64,000 nucleotides of DNA, from NCBI GenBank assembly GCA_052327205.1, contig CM126214.1, forward strand, positions 155,496,001-155,560,000, given 5' to 3'. Source of the stretch: Somniosus microcephalus. Taxonomy: Eukaryota. Both the position numbers and the translations under genes were made by a program. Under the pieces are notes generated by a model. The model was not told the origin of the DNA, made no database searches, and saw only the letters and a list, made by a program, of their open reading frames with translations. Numbering within the stretch: position 1 is the stretch's first letter; every line of letters starts with the position of its first letter. This document shows, piece after piece, positions 49,743 to 62,661 of this stretch.

Positions 49743-51372
49743 GTATAAGCACTGCACTTAAATGATATTCAAAGAATTTTTTTAAAATGTAGAAAAGTAT
49801 GTTGGAAAATCTGGAAAGAAACAGTTTGTTGCCACTGGTGATGATGTAAGAACAAAATAGGCACCAGATGAAAGGTTTGTGTATGTGATCCTTTGCCAAA
49901 TGGCCCAATAAATGAGCACAAAAACGTCAATCAACCAAACTTGTTCACTTTGCCATTTTGGCTACAGTACAACTGTAGCATTTGTGTGAAGTAGTTTTGC
50001 TTTACACTGTCACTAAGTTGTTGTGGAAATCCAGAGTGAGGACCCAACTTGTAGGCAGGAGTCTCCCTCTGTTTCACTCCAGTGTCAGATTGGGCCTGAC
50101 TCTGGAGTTACACGACAACTTCTTATCATTGGTGTAAAGCAAAACTGTTTTGTACTAACACTACAGTTATCCCTCCACCTGTTGAGTGAGCAGTCTGTTC
50201 ATTTTTTTTTGCTTTGCATCGGTGCGAGAGTTATAGGGGTAGAATGTCCGCAGGTTCTCTCAATAACCTGCTGTAAATTTGGCAGAAACCCTAGAGAAAC
50301 CCCTGCTGTTTTTTCATGGTTCCTCTGATGTTCCAACAAAGTTACAGTAGGAAATTGGAAGAATCCCTTGGAAATTCTCACCCATAGTCAAAATACAGTC
50401 AGACACTTGCAGCAAAGCTTTGTGAGACTCATAAGAACATAAGAAATAGGAGCAGGAGTCGGCCATTTGGCCCCTTGAGCCTGCTCCGCAATTCAGTAAG
50501 ATCATGGCTGATCTTCTACCTCATCTCCACTTTCCTGCACTATCCCCATATCCCTTGATTCCCTTAATATCCAAAAATCTATCGATCTCTGTCTTGAATA
50601 TACTCACCGACTGAGCCTCCATAGCCCTCTGGGGTAGAGAATTCCAAAGATTCACCACCCTGAGTGAAGATATTTCTCCTCATCTCAGTCCTAAATGGCT
50701 GACCCCTTATTCCGAGACTGTGACCCCTGGTTCTAGACTCCCCAGCCAGGGGAAACATCCTCCCTGCATCTACCCTGTCAAGCCCTGTAAGAATTTTGTA
50801 TGTTTCAGTGAGATCACCTCTCATTCTTCTAAACTCTAGAGAATGTAGGCCTAGTCTACTCAATCTGTTCCCATAGGACAATCTCCCCATCCCAAAAATC
50901 AGTCTGGTGAACCTTTGTTGCACTACCTCTATGGCAAGTATATCCTTCCTTAGGTAAGGAGACCAAAACTGTACACAATACTCCAGGTGTAGTCTCAGCA
51001 GGGCCCTATATAATTGCAGTAAGACATCTTTACTCTTCTACTCAAATCCTCTTGTAATAAAGGCCAACATACCATTTGCTTTCCTATTTGCTTGCTGTAC
51101 CTGCATGTTAACTTTCAGTGATTCATGTACAAGGACACCCAGGACCCTCTGAACACCAACATTTCCCAATCTCTCACCATTTAAACAATACTCTGCTTTT
51201 CTATTTTCCTACTAAAGTGGATAACTTCACATTTCTCCACATTATATTCCATTTGCCATGTTCTTGCCCATTCACTTAGCTTGTCTATATCCCCTTGATG
51301 CCTCTTTGCATGTTCCTCACAACTTACATTCCCACCCAACTTTCTATCATCAGCAAACTTGGATATATTACA

Positions 51373-52477
51373 ATAGCAAAATACTGCGGATGCTGGAAAT
51401 CAAAATAACAACAGAAAACGCTGGAAAAACTCAGCAGGCCAAGCAGCATCCGTGGATAGAGAAACAGAGTTAACGTTTGAGGTCGAAGACCTTTCGTCAG
51501 AACTGAAAAAAAGCAGGAAATGGAAAGCAAGTTTAGGGGCTGGGAAAGGGGGGAGGGGATGAAAGAACAAAAGGGAAGGTCAGTGATAGGATAGAAAGCA
51601 GGAGAGATTAAGAGACATTGAGAGACATTAAGAGATATTCATGGCAAGAGGAGATGGTAATGGGACAGGTTAAGAAACAAAGGATGGCTCTAGATGACGT
51701 GTGAATTACGCTGGCAGAATGAAGGACAGCTGCCATGTGGGAGGGAAGAAAAAAAGGGCCAAACAAAAAGTGTGGATAAAAAAAAGAAAATATATATATG
51801 TGATGGGGCCGAGGTTATGATCTGAAATTGTTGAACTCTATGTTGAGTCCAGAGGGCTGTAGAGTGCCTAATCGAAAGATGAGGTGCTGTTCCTCGAGCT
51901 TACGCTGAGCTTCCGTGGAACAGTGCAAGAGGCCGAGGACGGTGAGGTCTGAGTGGGAATGGAGCGGTGAATTAAAGTGACAGGCCACCGGGAGCTCAGG
52001 GTCCCCCTTACGGACTGAACGGAAAGCGGTCACCCAATCTGCGTTTGGTCTCCCCAATGTAGAGGAGACCACATCGTGAGCAGCGAATATAGTATACTAA
52101 ATTCTTTTTTTTATCCACACTTTTTGTTTGGCCCTTTTTTCTTCCTTCCCACATGGCAGCTGTCCTTCATTCTGCCAGCGCAATTCACACTTCATCTAGA
52201 GCCATCCTTTATTCTTTAACCTGTCCCATTACCACCTCCTCTTGCCTTGAATATCTCTTAATGTCTCTCAATGTCTCTTAATCTCTCCTGCTTTCTATCC
52301 TATCACCGACCTTCCCTTTTGTTCTTTCATCCCCTCCCCCTTTTCCCAGCCCCTAAACTTGCTTTCCATTTCCTGCTTTTTTCCAGTTCTGACGAAAGGT
52401 CATCGGCCTGAAACGTTAACTCTGTTTCTCTCTCCACGGATGCTGCCTGGCCTGCTGGTTTTATCCAGCGTTTTCTG
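51373..52477 (-). mobile_element. Penelope-like insertion with inverted pLTR
   Basis: GIY-YIG C-terminus at 51815-52100; ~375-bp inverted repeat 51412-51788 / 52102-52477; 14-bp flanking repeat TTGGATAT(A/G)TTACA. Confidence 0.9.
52385..52421 (+). ncRNA. Minimal type I hammerhead ribozyme motif (predicted)
   Basis: AGTT-CTGACGA-A-AGGTC(ATC)GGCCT-GAAA-CG-TT^AACT: both core boxes, helix II, helix I AGTT/AACT, palindromic AACGTT helix III. Confidence 0.65.
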
Positions 52478-53057
52478 TTGGATATGTTACATTTGGTCCC
52501 CTCATCCAAATCATTGATATAGATTGTGAATAGCTGAGGCCCAAGCACTGATCCTTACGGTACCCCACTAGTTACAGCCTGCCAACCCGAAAATGACACG
52601 TTTATTCCTACTCTCTGTTTTCTGTCCGTTAACCAATCCTCAATCCATGCTAGTATATTACCCCCAATCCCATGAGCCCTAATTTTGTTTAATAACCTCT
52701 TGTGTGGCACCTTATCGAATGCCTTCTGAAAATCCAAATACACCACATCCACTGGTTCCCCCTTATCTATTCTGCTAGTTACAATCTCAAAAAACTCTAA
52801 TAGATTCATCAAACATGATTTCCCTTTCCTAAATCCATGTTGACTCTGCCCAATCCTATTATTATTTTCTAAGTGCCCTGTTACCACGTCCTTAATAATA
52901 GATTCTAGCATTTTCCCTACCACTGATGTCAGGCTAACTGGTCAGTAGTTCCCCATTTTCCCTCTCCTCTTTTCTTAAATAGTGGGGTTACATTTGCTAC
53001 CTTGCAATCCACGGGTACCGTTCTAGATTCTAAGGAATTTTGGAAAATGACAACCAA

Positions 53058-53485
53058 TAAGAACATAAGAACATAAGAAATAGGAGCAGGAGTAGGCCAA
53101 TTGGCCCCTCGAGCCTGCTCCGCCATTCAATAAGATCATGGCTGATCTGATCCTAACCGCCAATCTACTATCACAGAACCATCTCCTGAATCTAACAGAA
53201 TTATACACACGAAATAGGAGCAGGATCAGGCTACACGGCCCCTGGGCCCGCTCCGCTACCCACAGGGCCATGTCCGATCCGAACCTAGACTCATGTCCAA
53301 ATTCCTGCCCGCTCCCCGTAACCCTTAATTCCTTTTACTTCTAGGAAACTGTCTATTTCTGTTTTAAATTTATGTAATGATGTAGCTTCTACAGCTTTTT
53401 GGGGCAGCATATTCCATGGACCTACCACCCTCTGAGTGAAGTAGTTCCTCCTCATCTCAGTTTTGAAAGAGCAGCCCCTTATTTT
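53058..53485 (-). mobile_element. Stacked CR1 3'-end fragments nested in the 50430-53600 CR1
   Basis: Two successive GAAATAGGAGCAGGA 3' termini interrupt the RT coding sequence. Confidence 0.65.
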
Positions 53486-54299
53486 ACTTCTACCTCTACA
53501 GCCACCTCTTTCAAAACCCTAGGTCATATGCCATCAGGTCCAGGGGATTTATTGGCTTTCAGTCGCATTAATTTCTCCAGTAATATTTTTTTACTAATAC
53601 TAACTTTTTTCAGTTCCTCATTTTCGCTTGGAGGAAACAGTCTCAGTCTACACCAGAATCAGTTTGGACATTAACTCCAGACTTATAGTACACAAGTATA
53701 GTGCTGGTGTAAAGAAGAAACCACTTTGCACCAATGCTAAACTCAATGTCAATAACCCTGTGAAGCAGCTATACCTTAATTTACATTTCACTTGAGGTTT
53801 CTTTGATCTATAATCTTGGCCCCCACTTTTCTTCTGGTTTCACACAAACAATTTCTCCACATTCATCCCACTACTTCCTTTCCTGATTCCAAAAACCAAG
53901 GCTTAGGTATGTCTTTTTTAACCAGTGTGAACAAATTTCCCTCCTTCAGCCTCCCTTCGTTGCTCGTTGATTTAAGACCCAATAACATTTTTGCTATCCT
54001 AATTTGAATTCTTTCCAATGTTGCTTTGTTTTGTAATTGATCAAAAAAAAAATCACTAATTTCCAAGAAATCTCTGTACATAAGTAGTCTACAATTACAC
54101 AAATGGATATACTCACAGTACAATCCATCCCAAGGAACTCTGAATGGTGCCAAGGATGCACTAATATAGGTATGTAACTATATAGCCTAATGTCAACACA
54201 GCACTAGATAAAGTAGGTAAAATACATTTTAAACCATTATTGTGGGTGCAATAACAGATGCAATTTGCAAAAATGCAGATAGTGCTTGTAGCTTGCATT

Positions 54300-55212
54300 C
54301 ATATAGAATCATATCGAATCATAGAAGTTTTTGGCACAGTAGGAGGCCATTTGGCCTATCGTGTCTGTGTCAGCCAAAAAACAGCTATCTTGCCTAATCC
54401 CACTTTCCAGCTCTCGGTCCGTAGCCTTACGACACTTCAAGTGAATATCCAAGTAGATTTTAAATGCGATGAGGGTTTCTGCCTCTACCACCCTTTCAGG
54501 CAGTGTGTTCCAGACCCCCACCACCCTCTGGATGAAATAATTTCTCCTCAACTCCCCTCTAATCCTTCACCAATTACTTTAAAACTATGCCCCCTGTTAT
54601 TGCTAAGGGAAATAGGTCCTTCCTATCCACTCTATCTAGGCCCCTCATAATTTTATACATCTCCATTAAGTCTCCCCTCAGCCTCCTCTGTTCCAAAGAA
54701 AACAACCCCAGCCTGTCCAATCTTTCCTCATAGCTAAAATTCTCCAGTCCTGGCAACATCCTCGTAAATGCACTCTCTAGGGCAATCACATGTTTCCTGT
54801 AATGTGGTGACCAGAACTGTATGCAGTACTCTAGCTGTGACCTAACCAGTGTTTTATACAGTTCTAGCATAACCTTCCTGCTCTTATATTCTGTGCCATG
54901 GCTAATAAAGGAAAGTATCCCGTATGCCTTCTTAACCACCTTCTCTACCTGTCCTGCTACCTTCAGGGCTCTGTGGACATGCACTCCAAGGTCCCACTGT
55001 TCTTCTACAGTTCTCAGTATCGTACCATTTATTGTGTATTCCCTTGCCTTGTTAGCCCTCCCCAAATGCATTGCCTCACACTTCTCCGGATTGAATTCCA
55101 TTTGCTACTTTTCTGCCCACCTGACCAGTCCATTGATATCTTCCTGCAGTCTACAGCTTTCTTCCTCCCTATCAACCACACGGCCAATTTTTGTATCATC
55201 TGCAAACTTCTT
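54300..55212 (-). mobile_element. CR1 LINE 3' ~0.9 kb
   Basis: MEFNPEKCEAMHLG, LYKTLVRSQLEYCIQFWSPH, FIQRVVGVWNTLP. Confidence 0.9.
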
Positions 55213-55919
55213 TGTTACACATTCTTTAATTTCCCTGACTAGCATTGACATGTACTAGAAAGCTCTCAATGTGGCTGAGTTAAATTGGGGCTTTCAATAT
55301 TCCAATTACTTTCTTTTTCTAGCCATAGTTTAGGGGAATTGCAGTTAAAAAAAGTCAGTGCAGCTAAGATAAGTTTTATCCAGATACAAAACAAATATTC
55401 AGGAAAAACTAAGAAGATACCTTTCTTACATTTTTCTCCCCCTTCTGCCAATATTTTTCCCTTTCCCATCCTTCTCTAAAGGGTTTTTTTTCCCAGTAAG
55501 GAGTCAATCTCATGGATGCTGATCACCCTAGGGTATTTGCTCAAATACCATCCTTCACATTCAGGCCTTGACATGGAGGGTGTCGCACTGATCCTGCCCT
55601 CACCAGATATCCACATGTGACACTTTCAGAGGTGTTGCTTCATGGCAATCAGGGGCAAAAATATGGGTTGCATATCTCCTAACCCAGCAAAATTGAGGCC
55701 AATTGTATCACCCGACCACTGTCTTCTATTGCCTTGTCTGAAATCAACGAACTCAGCACACATTGAACATTCCTGGTCTCTGTCGCTCAATTATTCATTA
55801 AATAAACTCACTGATTCACAAGATAATTACAGATGAGGAAGGCCATTTGGTCCATCTAGGTTTCTTCATCCGGGGGGCGCTAACGAGAGGCGCAAATGCA
55901 CCGAATTTCTAGCCTTAGG

Positions 55920-56700
55920 TCTCTTTCAATTTCATTGTTAGCTATTTCAACACCATTCTTCCTACGTTTTACACTTCTCTGCATTAAATTTCATCTGCCA
56001 TTGTTTTGCCACTTACATATGTTGTCAAACTTATTTTGTAATTGTTGAGCTGCCTCATCCAAATCCACCACTTGTCGTAATTTGGCCACTTTTCATTGAA
56101 CTTCAGAATCCAAGCCATTGAGATAATTTGGAAATAGTGGTGGTCCCAACACCGATCCCTAATGCACCCCACTCTGTACTTCCCCCTCCCCCAATCTGAC
56201 ATAACTCCTCTAACAAGTAACCTTTATTTTCTACCCTTCAGCTAATTTCTTTTTCATTTCCAAAAATTACTCTGAAACCTCATAGCTATGAGCTTAATTA
56301 ATAGCCTTTTATTTTGAACATTGCCAAGAGCCTTTTGGAATTTGAGGTTCAAAATATCATAGGCTTTCCACAGTTTATTTGGCTTGTCACTACCACAAAG
56401 AGGTTGAGTCAGGATGTTTCCATTCTGAATCCAAGTTGACTGCTATTTATTAGGTTATTGTTGTACAGATACTCCCAATAATTAATTTCATTATTTTACA
56501 TGGGATTGAAATAAGACGAATGCGTCTGCCATTTCCTAAGCCTTTTTTGGTTGTCCTTTGTGAACATGGGCATCATATTCGCTTGTTACCAATCTACTAG
56601 TGCCTTCCTAGCATCTAGTGATTTCCTCTCAATGATTGCCAATGGTTCTGAAGTCTCACTTAACACACTGGGATAACTACCATTTATCCCTTTGAATTTA
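55920..56700 (-). mobile_element. Old degraded CR1 RT fragment
   Basis: Remnants of GSVLGPPLF (GGGATCGGTGTTGGGACCAC) and FQKA motifs. Confidence 0.6.
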
Positions 56701-56984
56701 TTTGTTTTGAGTCTTTTTAGCTTGTCTAGGAATTCCATCTAATTTCTATTGCAGTCATTAATTTTCCCTAGATTATCTCTATTTGGGGAGGGTGTGTTGC
56801 TCATGCTTTCCTTGTGCCTACTTGGAGAAAGTAGTCATTCCGCATGTTTATTATCGTTGTGCTTATCCTCTATTTCACGCTCGTTTGCATCTTTCAAAGT
56901 TCTCACCTCTGCTCTTACTGCCCTCTTACTGTTGAAGTATTGAATAGTTTCTTTAAGTTTTGTCATCTTCCACATGGCATCAGC

Positions 56985-57445
56985 TCTACCTCTCCCCTCT
57001 CTCAAACCCTTCCACTGACCCTATGTTGTCAGACTGTTTGTCTGACAGCCAGTCTTGGATGAGCCATAAATTCCTGCAGCTAAACATCGGTAAGACTAAA
57101 GCCATTTTATTTGACCCCTACCACTGTTTCCATCCCTCTCGCCGACCAATGTCTCAGGCTGAACCAAGTTGTTCAAAACCGCAACAACAATTTGCATTTA
57201 TATAGCACCTTTAACATAGAAAAATGTCCCAAGATGCCTCAGAGAAGTGTAATCTGACAAAAATTAACCATGAACCAAAGAAGGAGATATTAGGAGGGGT
57301 GACCTCTGCATCCTATTTGACCCTGAGCTGAGTTTCCAATCCCATATCAGCTCCATCACAAAGACTGCCTAATTCCACCACCATAACAGCATCCACCTCC
57401 ATCCCTACTTCAGTATTTCTGCTGATAAAAGTCTCATCCACCTTC
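56985..57445 (+). mobile_element. L2 RT fragment with an inverted L2-type tail inside
   Basis: LSDCLSDSQSWMSHKFLQLNIGKTKAIL; CAACAACAATTTGCATTTATATAGCACCTTT at ~57182. Confidence 0.65.
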
Positions 57446-59064
57446 AACTTTCCTGTTTAGCATTTTGTTTTATGAAAATGTCAAAAAATAAAAATAAAAT
57501 CCAAGCTTAGGTTATTGTGTATTGTTCTTCTATTAAAAAAAAGTTCCATAGGAGAGAGATCATATAGTTAAACATCTACTGCCTGAGTAAGTCAGTACGT
57601 TGGGCAAAGTGGAAGAACAATACTCGTACAACAAAGAAGCCTCCCCATCGATCTACATTTAAAGTGTTATACTTTAGCTCTGCCTGAGAAAATCAATTTG
57701 GCCTGGTGTTAGATGCACCAAGAATGCCTATTACTTTCAAGGGCAATGCAGCAAGTTGGCATGTTGAACAATTGCGGAGACAATGTCCTTCAGTTTTGGT
57801 TTAATCTTAAACCACACATGAATCCATGGAAGTGCATTGCTTAGAAATGAAAAGTTTTGTAAATGTTTGTGGTAGGAATGTAAAACTGATTTTGTCCTAC
57901 AAGGTTTTCAGAGTTCTACTGATGAAAGAACAACAAAATGTGACATAAAAAGCATGAATATATTTGGCAGTTGCAAAAGGAAATGTAAAGCAGACAATTT
58001 TGTTTTATTGGAGTGTGGTCTTGGGAGCAACTGAATATCGGCAATTGAATATAACAGGCTCTGGGATGATTTTCAGTTAACTGACAAAGTTTTCAATACA
58101 TGTGCCCAAATCGGGCTTTCTTCTTTTATGTGCTTCAATCTGGGAAGTTAATACCATTGTAAAAAAAAAAATAACGTTAAGAAAAGTGTAAATAACAGGC
58201 TCATAGAGCTGTCACCTGTTGAATACAACCAGAACTCATAGAAAGTCAGGTCACTTCTTTAAATGTTTTTCATGTTTAACAAGTAACAGCTGGATTTCTG
58301 ATTACTGCACTTGGCTATGGTCCCATTTCCTTATTTTCTATCTTCTTTTGAAAATCTTAACTTTCTATCATTCCTGTAAATGTGCGTTTGTATTTGATTT
58401 TAATTTGTCCCCATTTTCTCCCCACATTGTTGGAGCTGCTGGGCCATGAGGAGGTACCTAGATCACTACCAATGTTGTTCTATATTGGCAGCAAGGGGTT
58501 TTGTGACAATATCCAGTAAGGAGTCTCCGCTGAATTCCTGTCCCTCTGTAGGGAATGCCTCATTTTTGTTTGACACTGTCCTGCACAGTGCAATTCAAAA
58601 TGGCATGTGAGCAGAAAAATGTATGTTTCAAGAGGCTTTTCTAATAAATGAGGTAGCTTAATAAGTATGACTGAAATTCAAAACCATTTTGCAGTTCATA
58701 TTTTTGTCACTTGCTAAAAGCACCTCATTTAACAATGGTTCTTCTGTTGGTTCCTAACCAAGGGAACAGGCTGACTCAAATGGAAGCTATTTTAAATCTT
58801 GTTGCTGATCTGGACACATTTTATTTGGATTTTCTTATGCTATGATCTATCTGTTGTAGCTATTATCCAAGATAACAGAATTTTTAAATCTGTGCAATGA
58901 AGTAAAACGGGCCATATAGAATTATGTACTACGCCCGATTTCCCTTTCCATTGAAGTCAATACGTAATACGTACAATTTAGTAACAACATAACTTGGGAC
59001 TATTTTATAGTGTACAGGTTAATATGCATGAAAGTAAATTAAAAACATAAAGTCCTACATTAAA

Positions 59065-60015
59065 AAGGTGGAAAAAAGCAGGACAAATTCAACTCGGCCA
59101 ATTACTGCCTTATTAACCTACTCTCAATCATCAGCAAAGTGATGGAAGGAGTCGTTAACAATGATATAAAGTGGCACATACTCACCAATAACCTGCTCAC
59201 TGATGCTCAGTTTGGCTTCTGCCAGAACCATTCAGCTTCAGACCTCATTACAGCCTTGGTTCAAACATGGACACGAGCTGAATTCCAGAGAATGAGGTTA
59301 GAATGACTGCCCTTAACATCAAGGCAGCATTTGACCGACTGTGGCACCTAGCAGCCCTAGTAAAACTGAAGTCAGTGGGGATCAGGAAGAAAGTGCTTCA
59401 GTGGCTCTGCAGGAGTGGTGCCCAATTATTAAGTGTGGCTGTTGGCTGATGATTGCACGGTGTTCAGCTCCATTCGCAATTCCTCAGATAATGAAGCAGT
59501 CTATGAGCACACGCAGCAAGATCTGGACAACATCTAGGCTTGGGCTGATAAGCAGCAAGTAACATCCACGCCACACAAGTGCCAGGCAATGACCATCTCC
59601 AACAAGAGAAAGTCTAACCGCCTCCCCTTGACATTCAATGACATTACCATCGCCGGGCTCCTCACCATCAACATCTTGGGTTACCATTGACCAGGAGCTC
59701 AACTAGACCAGCCACATAAATGATGTGTCTACTAGAGAAGGTCAGAGGCTGGGTACTCTGTGATGAGTGGTTCACCTCCTGACTCCCCAAAGCCTCTTTG
59801 GCACCAAACAGGCACATGTCAGAAGTGTGATGGAATACTCTCTACATGCGTGGATGGGTGCAGCTGCAACAAACATTTCTACACCATCCAGGACAAAGCA
59901 ATTCACTTGACCAGAACCTCTGCCATCCCCTACATCACTGGCATACTGTGCTGCAATGTGTACTATCTACAGGTTGCCAAGGTTTCTTCGACAGCACCTC
60001 ACAAACCCGCGACTT
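59065..60015 (+). mobile_element. Family X LINE fragment with internal deletions
   Basis: Collinear with approximately 21360-22475. Confidence 0.85.
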
Positions 60016-60029
60016 CTTTCATTTTTTTA

Positions 60030-61609
60030 TTTGTTCATCTATAATTGCCCTTCAGAAGATTGTGGTGAGCTGCCTTCTTGGCAAGGCCAGCATTTATTGC
60101 CCATCCCTAATTGCCCTTCAGAAGGTTGTGGTGAGCTGCCTTCTTGAACTGCTGCAGTCCGTATGCTGAAGGTACTCTCATAGGCTGTTAGGGAGGGAGT
60201 TCCAGGATTTTGACCCAGCAACGATGAAGGAACGGCAATATATTTACAAGTCAGGATGGTAGAGGACGTGGGTTTGGGAGATGCTGTTGAAGAAGCCTTG
60301 GCGAGTTGCTGCAGTGCATCTTGTAAATGGTACACACTGCAGCCACGGTGCGCAGGTAGTAGAGGGAGTGAATGTTTAAGGTGGTGGATGGAGTGCCAAT
60401 CAACCGTGCTGCTTTGTCCTGGATAGTGTCGAGCTTTTTGAGTGTTGTTGGAGCTGCACTCATCCAGGCAAGTGAAGAGCATTCCATCACACTCAGGACT
60501 TGTGCCTTGTAGATGGTGGAAAGGCTTTGGGGAGTCAGGAGGTGAGACACTCGCCACAGATTACTCAGCCTCTGACCTGCTCTTGTAGCCACAATATTTA
60601 TGTGGCTGGTCCAGTTAAGTTTTTGGTCAATGGTGAACTCCAGAATCTTGATGGTGGGGGATTCGGCAATGGTAATGCCGTTGAATGTCAAGGGGCGGTG
60701 GTTAGACTCTCTCTTGTTGGAGATAGTCATTGCCTGGCACTTGTGTGGCGTGAATGTTACTTGCCACTAATCAACCCAAGCCTGAATGTCATCCAGGTCT
60801 TGCTGCATGCGGGCATACACTGCTTCATTGTCTGAGGATTTGTGAATGGAACTGAACACCGTACAATCATCAGCGAACATCCCCATTTCTGACCATATGA
60901 TGGAGGGAAGGTAATTGATGAAACAGCTGAAGATGGATGCATCTAGGCCACTGCCCTGAGGAACTGCAGCGATGTCCTGGGGCTGAGGCGATTGGCCTCC
61001 AACAGCCACAACCATCTTCCTTTGTGCTATGTATGACTCCAGCCAGTGGAGAGTTTTACCCCTGATTCTCATTGACTTCAATTTTACCAGGGCTCCTTGA
61101 TGCCGCACTCGAGCAAATGCTGCCTTGATGTCAAGGGCAGTCACTCTCACCTCACCTCTGGAATTAAGCTCTTTTGCCCATGTTTGGACCAAGGCTGTAA
61201 TGAGGTCTAGAGCCGAGTGGTCCTGGCAGAACCCAAACTGAGCATCGGTAAGCAGGTTATTGGTGAGTAAGTGCTGCTTGATAGCACTGTTGACGACACC
61301 TTCCATCACTTTGCTGATGATTGAGAGTAGACTTATGGGGCGGTAATTGGCTAGATTGGATTTGTCCTGCTTTTTGTGGACAGGACATACCTGGGCAGTT
61401 TTCCACATTGTCCGGTAGATGCCAGTGTTGTAGCTGTACTGAAACGGCTTGGCTAGAGGTGCAGCTAGTTCTGGAGCACAAGTCTTCAGCACGACAGCCG
61501 GGATGTTATTGGGGCCCACAGCCTTTGCTGTATCTAGTGCGCTCAGCCATTTCTTGATATCACGTGGAATGAATCGAATTGGCTGAAGACTGGCTTCTGT
61601 GATGGTAGG
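60030..61609 (-). mobile_element. Family X LINE, interrupted upstream by the Gypsy LTR at 61610
   Basis: GPNNIPAVVLKTCAPELAAPL, NYRPISLLSIISKVMEG, MFADDCT. Confidence 0.9.
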
Positions 61610-61863
61610 TGTTGTGTATGTAACCGTTTACCTTTAAGGGAACTATAGAATGTAACCGTTCGCCTTTAAGAGCACTACTTTAGGGTGGCACTATTTATTG
61701 GCTCATGTATACTGTAATACCGATAGTGACCACACCAGTATATAAGGGTTGGAATACGTTAACTAGGGCAGAAATCGCCCAGACCTCTGAATAGTAAAGA
61801 CCTGTTTTGTTTGTACTTCTAAAGTCTCTGAAGTTATTTACTGCACAACCTACAGACTTTACA
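61610..61863 (+). repeat. 5' LTR
   Basis: TGTTG...TTACA; TATAAG and AGTAAA motifs; shares ACCTTTAAGGG..AACTAT and GCTCATGTATAC...AGTGACCACACC with the LTR of 31828-37681. Confidence 0.88.
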
Positions 61864-61864
61864 G

Positions 61865-61874
61865 TGGCGACGAG
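61865..61874 (+). promoter_or_regulatory. Primer-binding site TGGCGACGAG
   Basis: 1 nt after the LTR; complementary to the 3' end (CUCGUCG-CCA) of vertebrate tRNA-Ser(GCU) as I recall it. Confidence 0.75.
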
Positions 61875-62661
61875 TCCGATCGTACCCTGCGGCAAGACTA
61901 ACCAGTAGCAGAGAGCTTCAAAAAAAAGAAAACACAAGGCTCCGTCTACTAAAAGTATAGTACTTACTGGAAGCTGGAAGATTAACAGCAAAGCTGCGGC
62001 AGCAACAGGCACAGATTACCCTGCTACCACATCTTGAGCGAGCCAATCAGCCTAAAACAAGGCGGCCGAAGAGACTGTGAGTAGGAAAAAAAAATTAAGA
62101 CAAATAAATTTTAAAAAACGGGGTAGAAGTATTTGGAGGAGAAGGGCAAAGCATTCGGGTCCAACGGCGTCGGGTGACAGCCGGACCGCGGGCAGTGTGA
62201 GAAGCCGTGCAGCAACCGCTGCCACGAAGCGCTGAGCCTGCGAGTAGGCGTGGGAGTGTCAGAGTCGAGAACCGCGCGAGCGGGGGAGCCAGAGCCGAGC
62301 GGGAGGCGTTGCAAGCCAGCGATCGCATCTCCAGATAAGGGCCGAGAGCCGGAGAGCGATCGCATCTGCAGATAAGGGCCGGCAGCCGCTTCGCGATCCA
62401 GCGATCGCATTATAGATAAGGGCCGCACTCGGGCTGACAGACGGCGTCGGGGGACCGGGTGAAGACCGCCAAGCGCGGGAAAACCGCCATTGAAGTGGGC
62501 GGGGAGAGCGAGAAGTGCGGGAAAGCCGCCATTTTCGCGGGGAAACCGCTGAAGAAGAAGAAGACGGAAGCGGGAAACCGCCATCTTGGAAATTATTAAG
62601 AATTTTCAAAAATTAATAATAAGTAAAGAAATACTTGTGTTGATCTCGAGAAGAGAAGAAG

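Larger units (their letters stand above)
50430..53600 (-). mobile_element. CR1 (HER1-like) LINE, 5'-truncated, with nested insertions
   Basis: VGKMLESIIKD, QHGFRKGKSCL, LDFQKAFDKVPH, RGDLTETYKIL; (TTCTTATG)n tail. Confidence 0.92.

Noticed and set aside
62318-62430. CRISPR-like repeat-spacer pattern
   Set aside because: Only three degenerate units with short uneven spacers inside a retrotransposon leader; eukaryotic context and no cas genes
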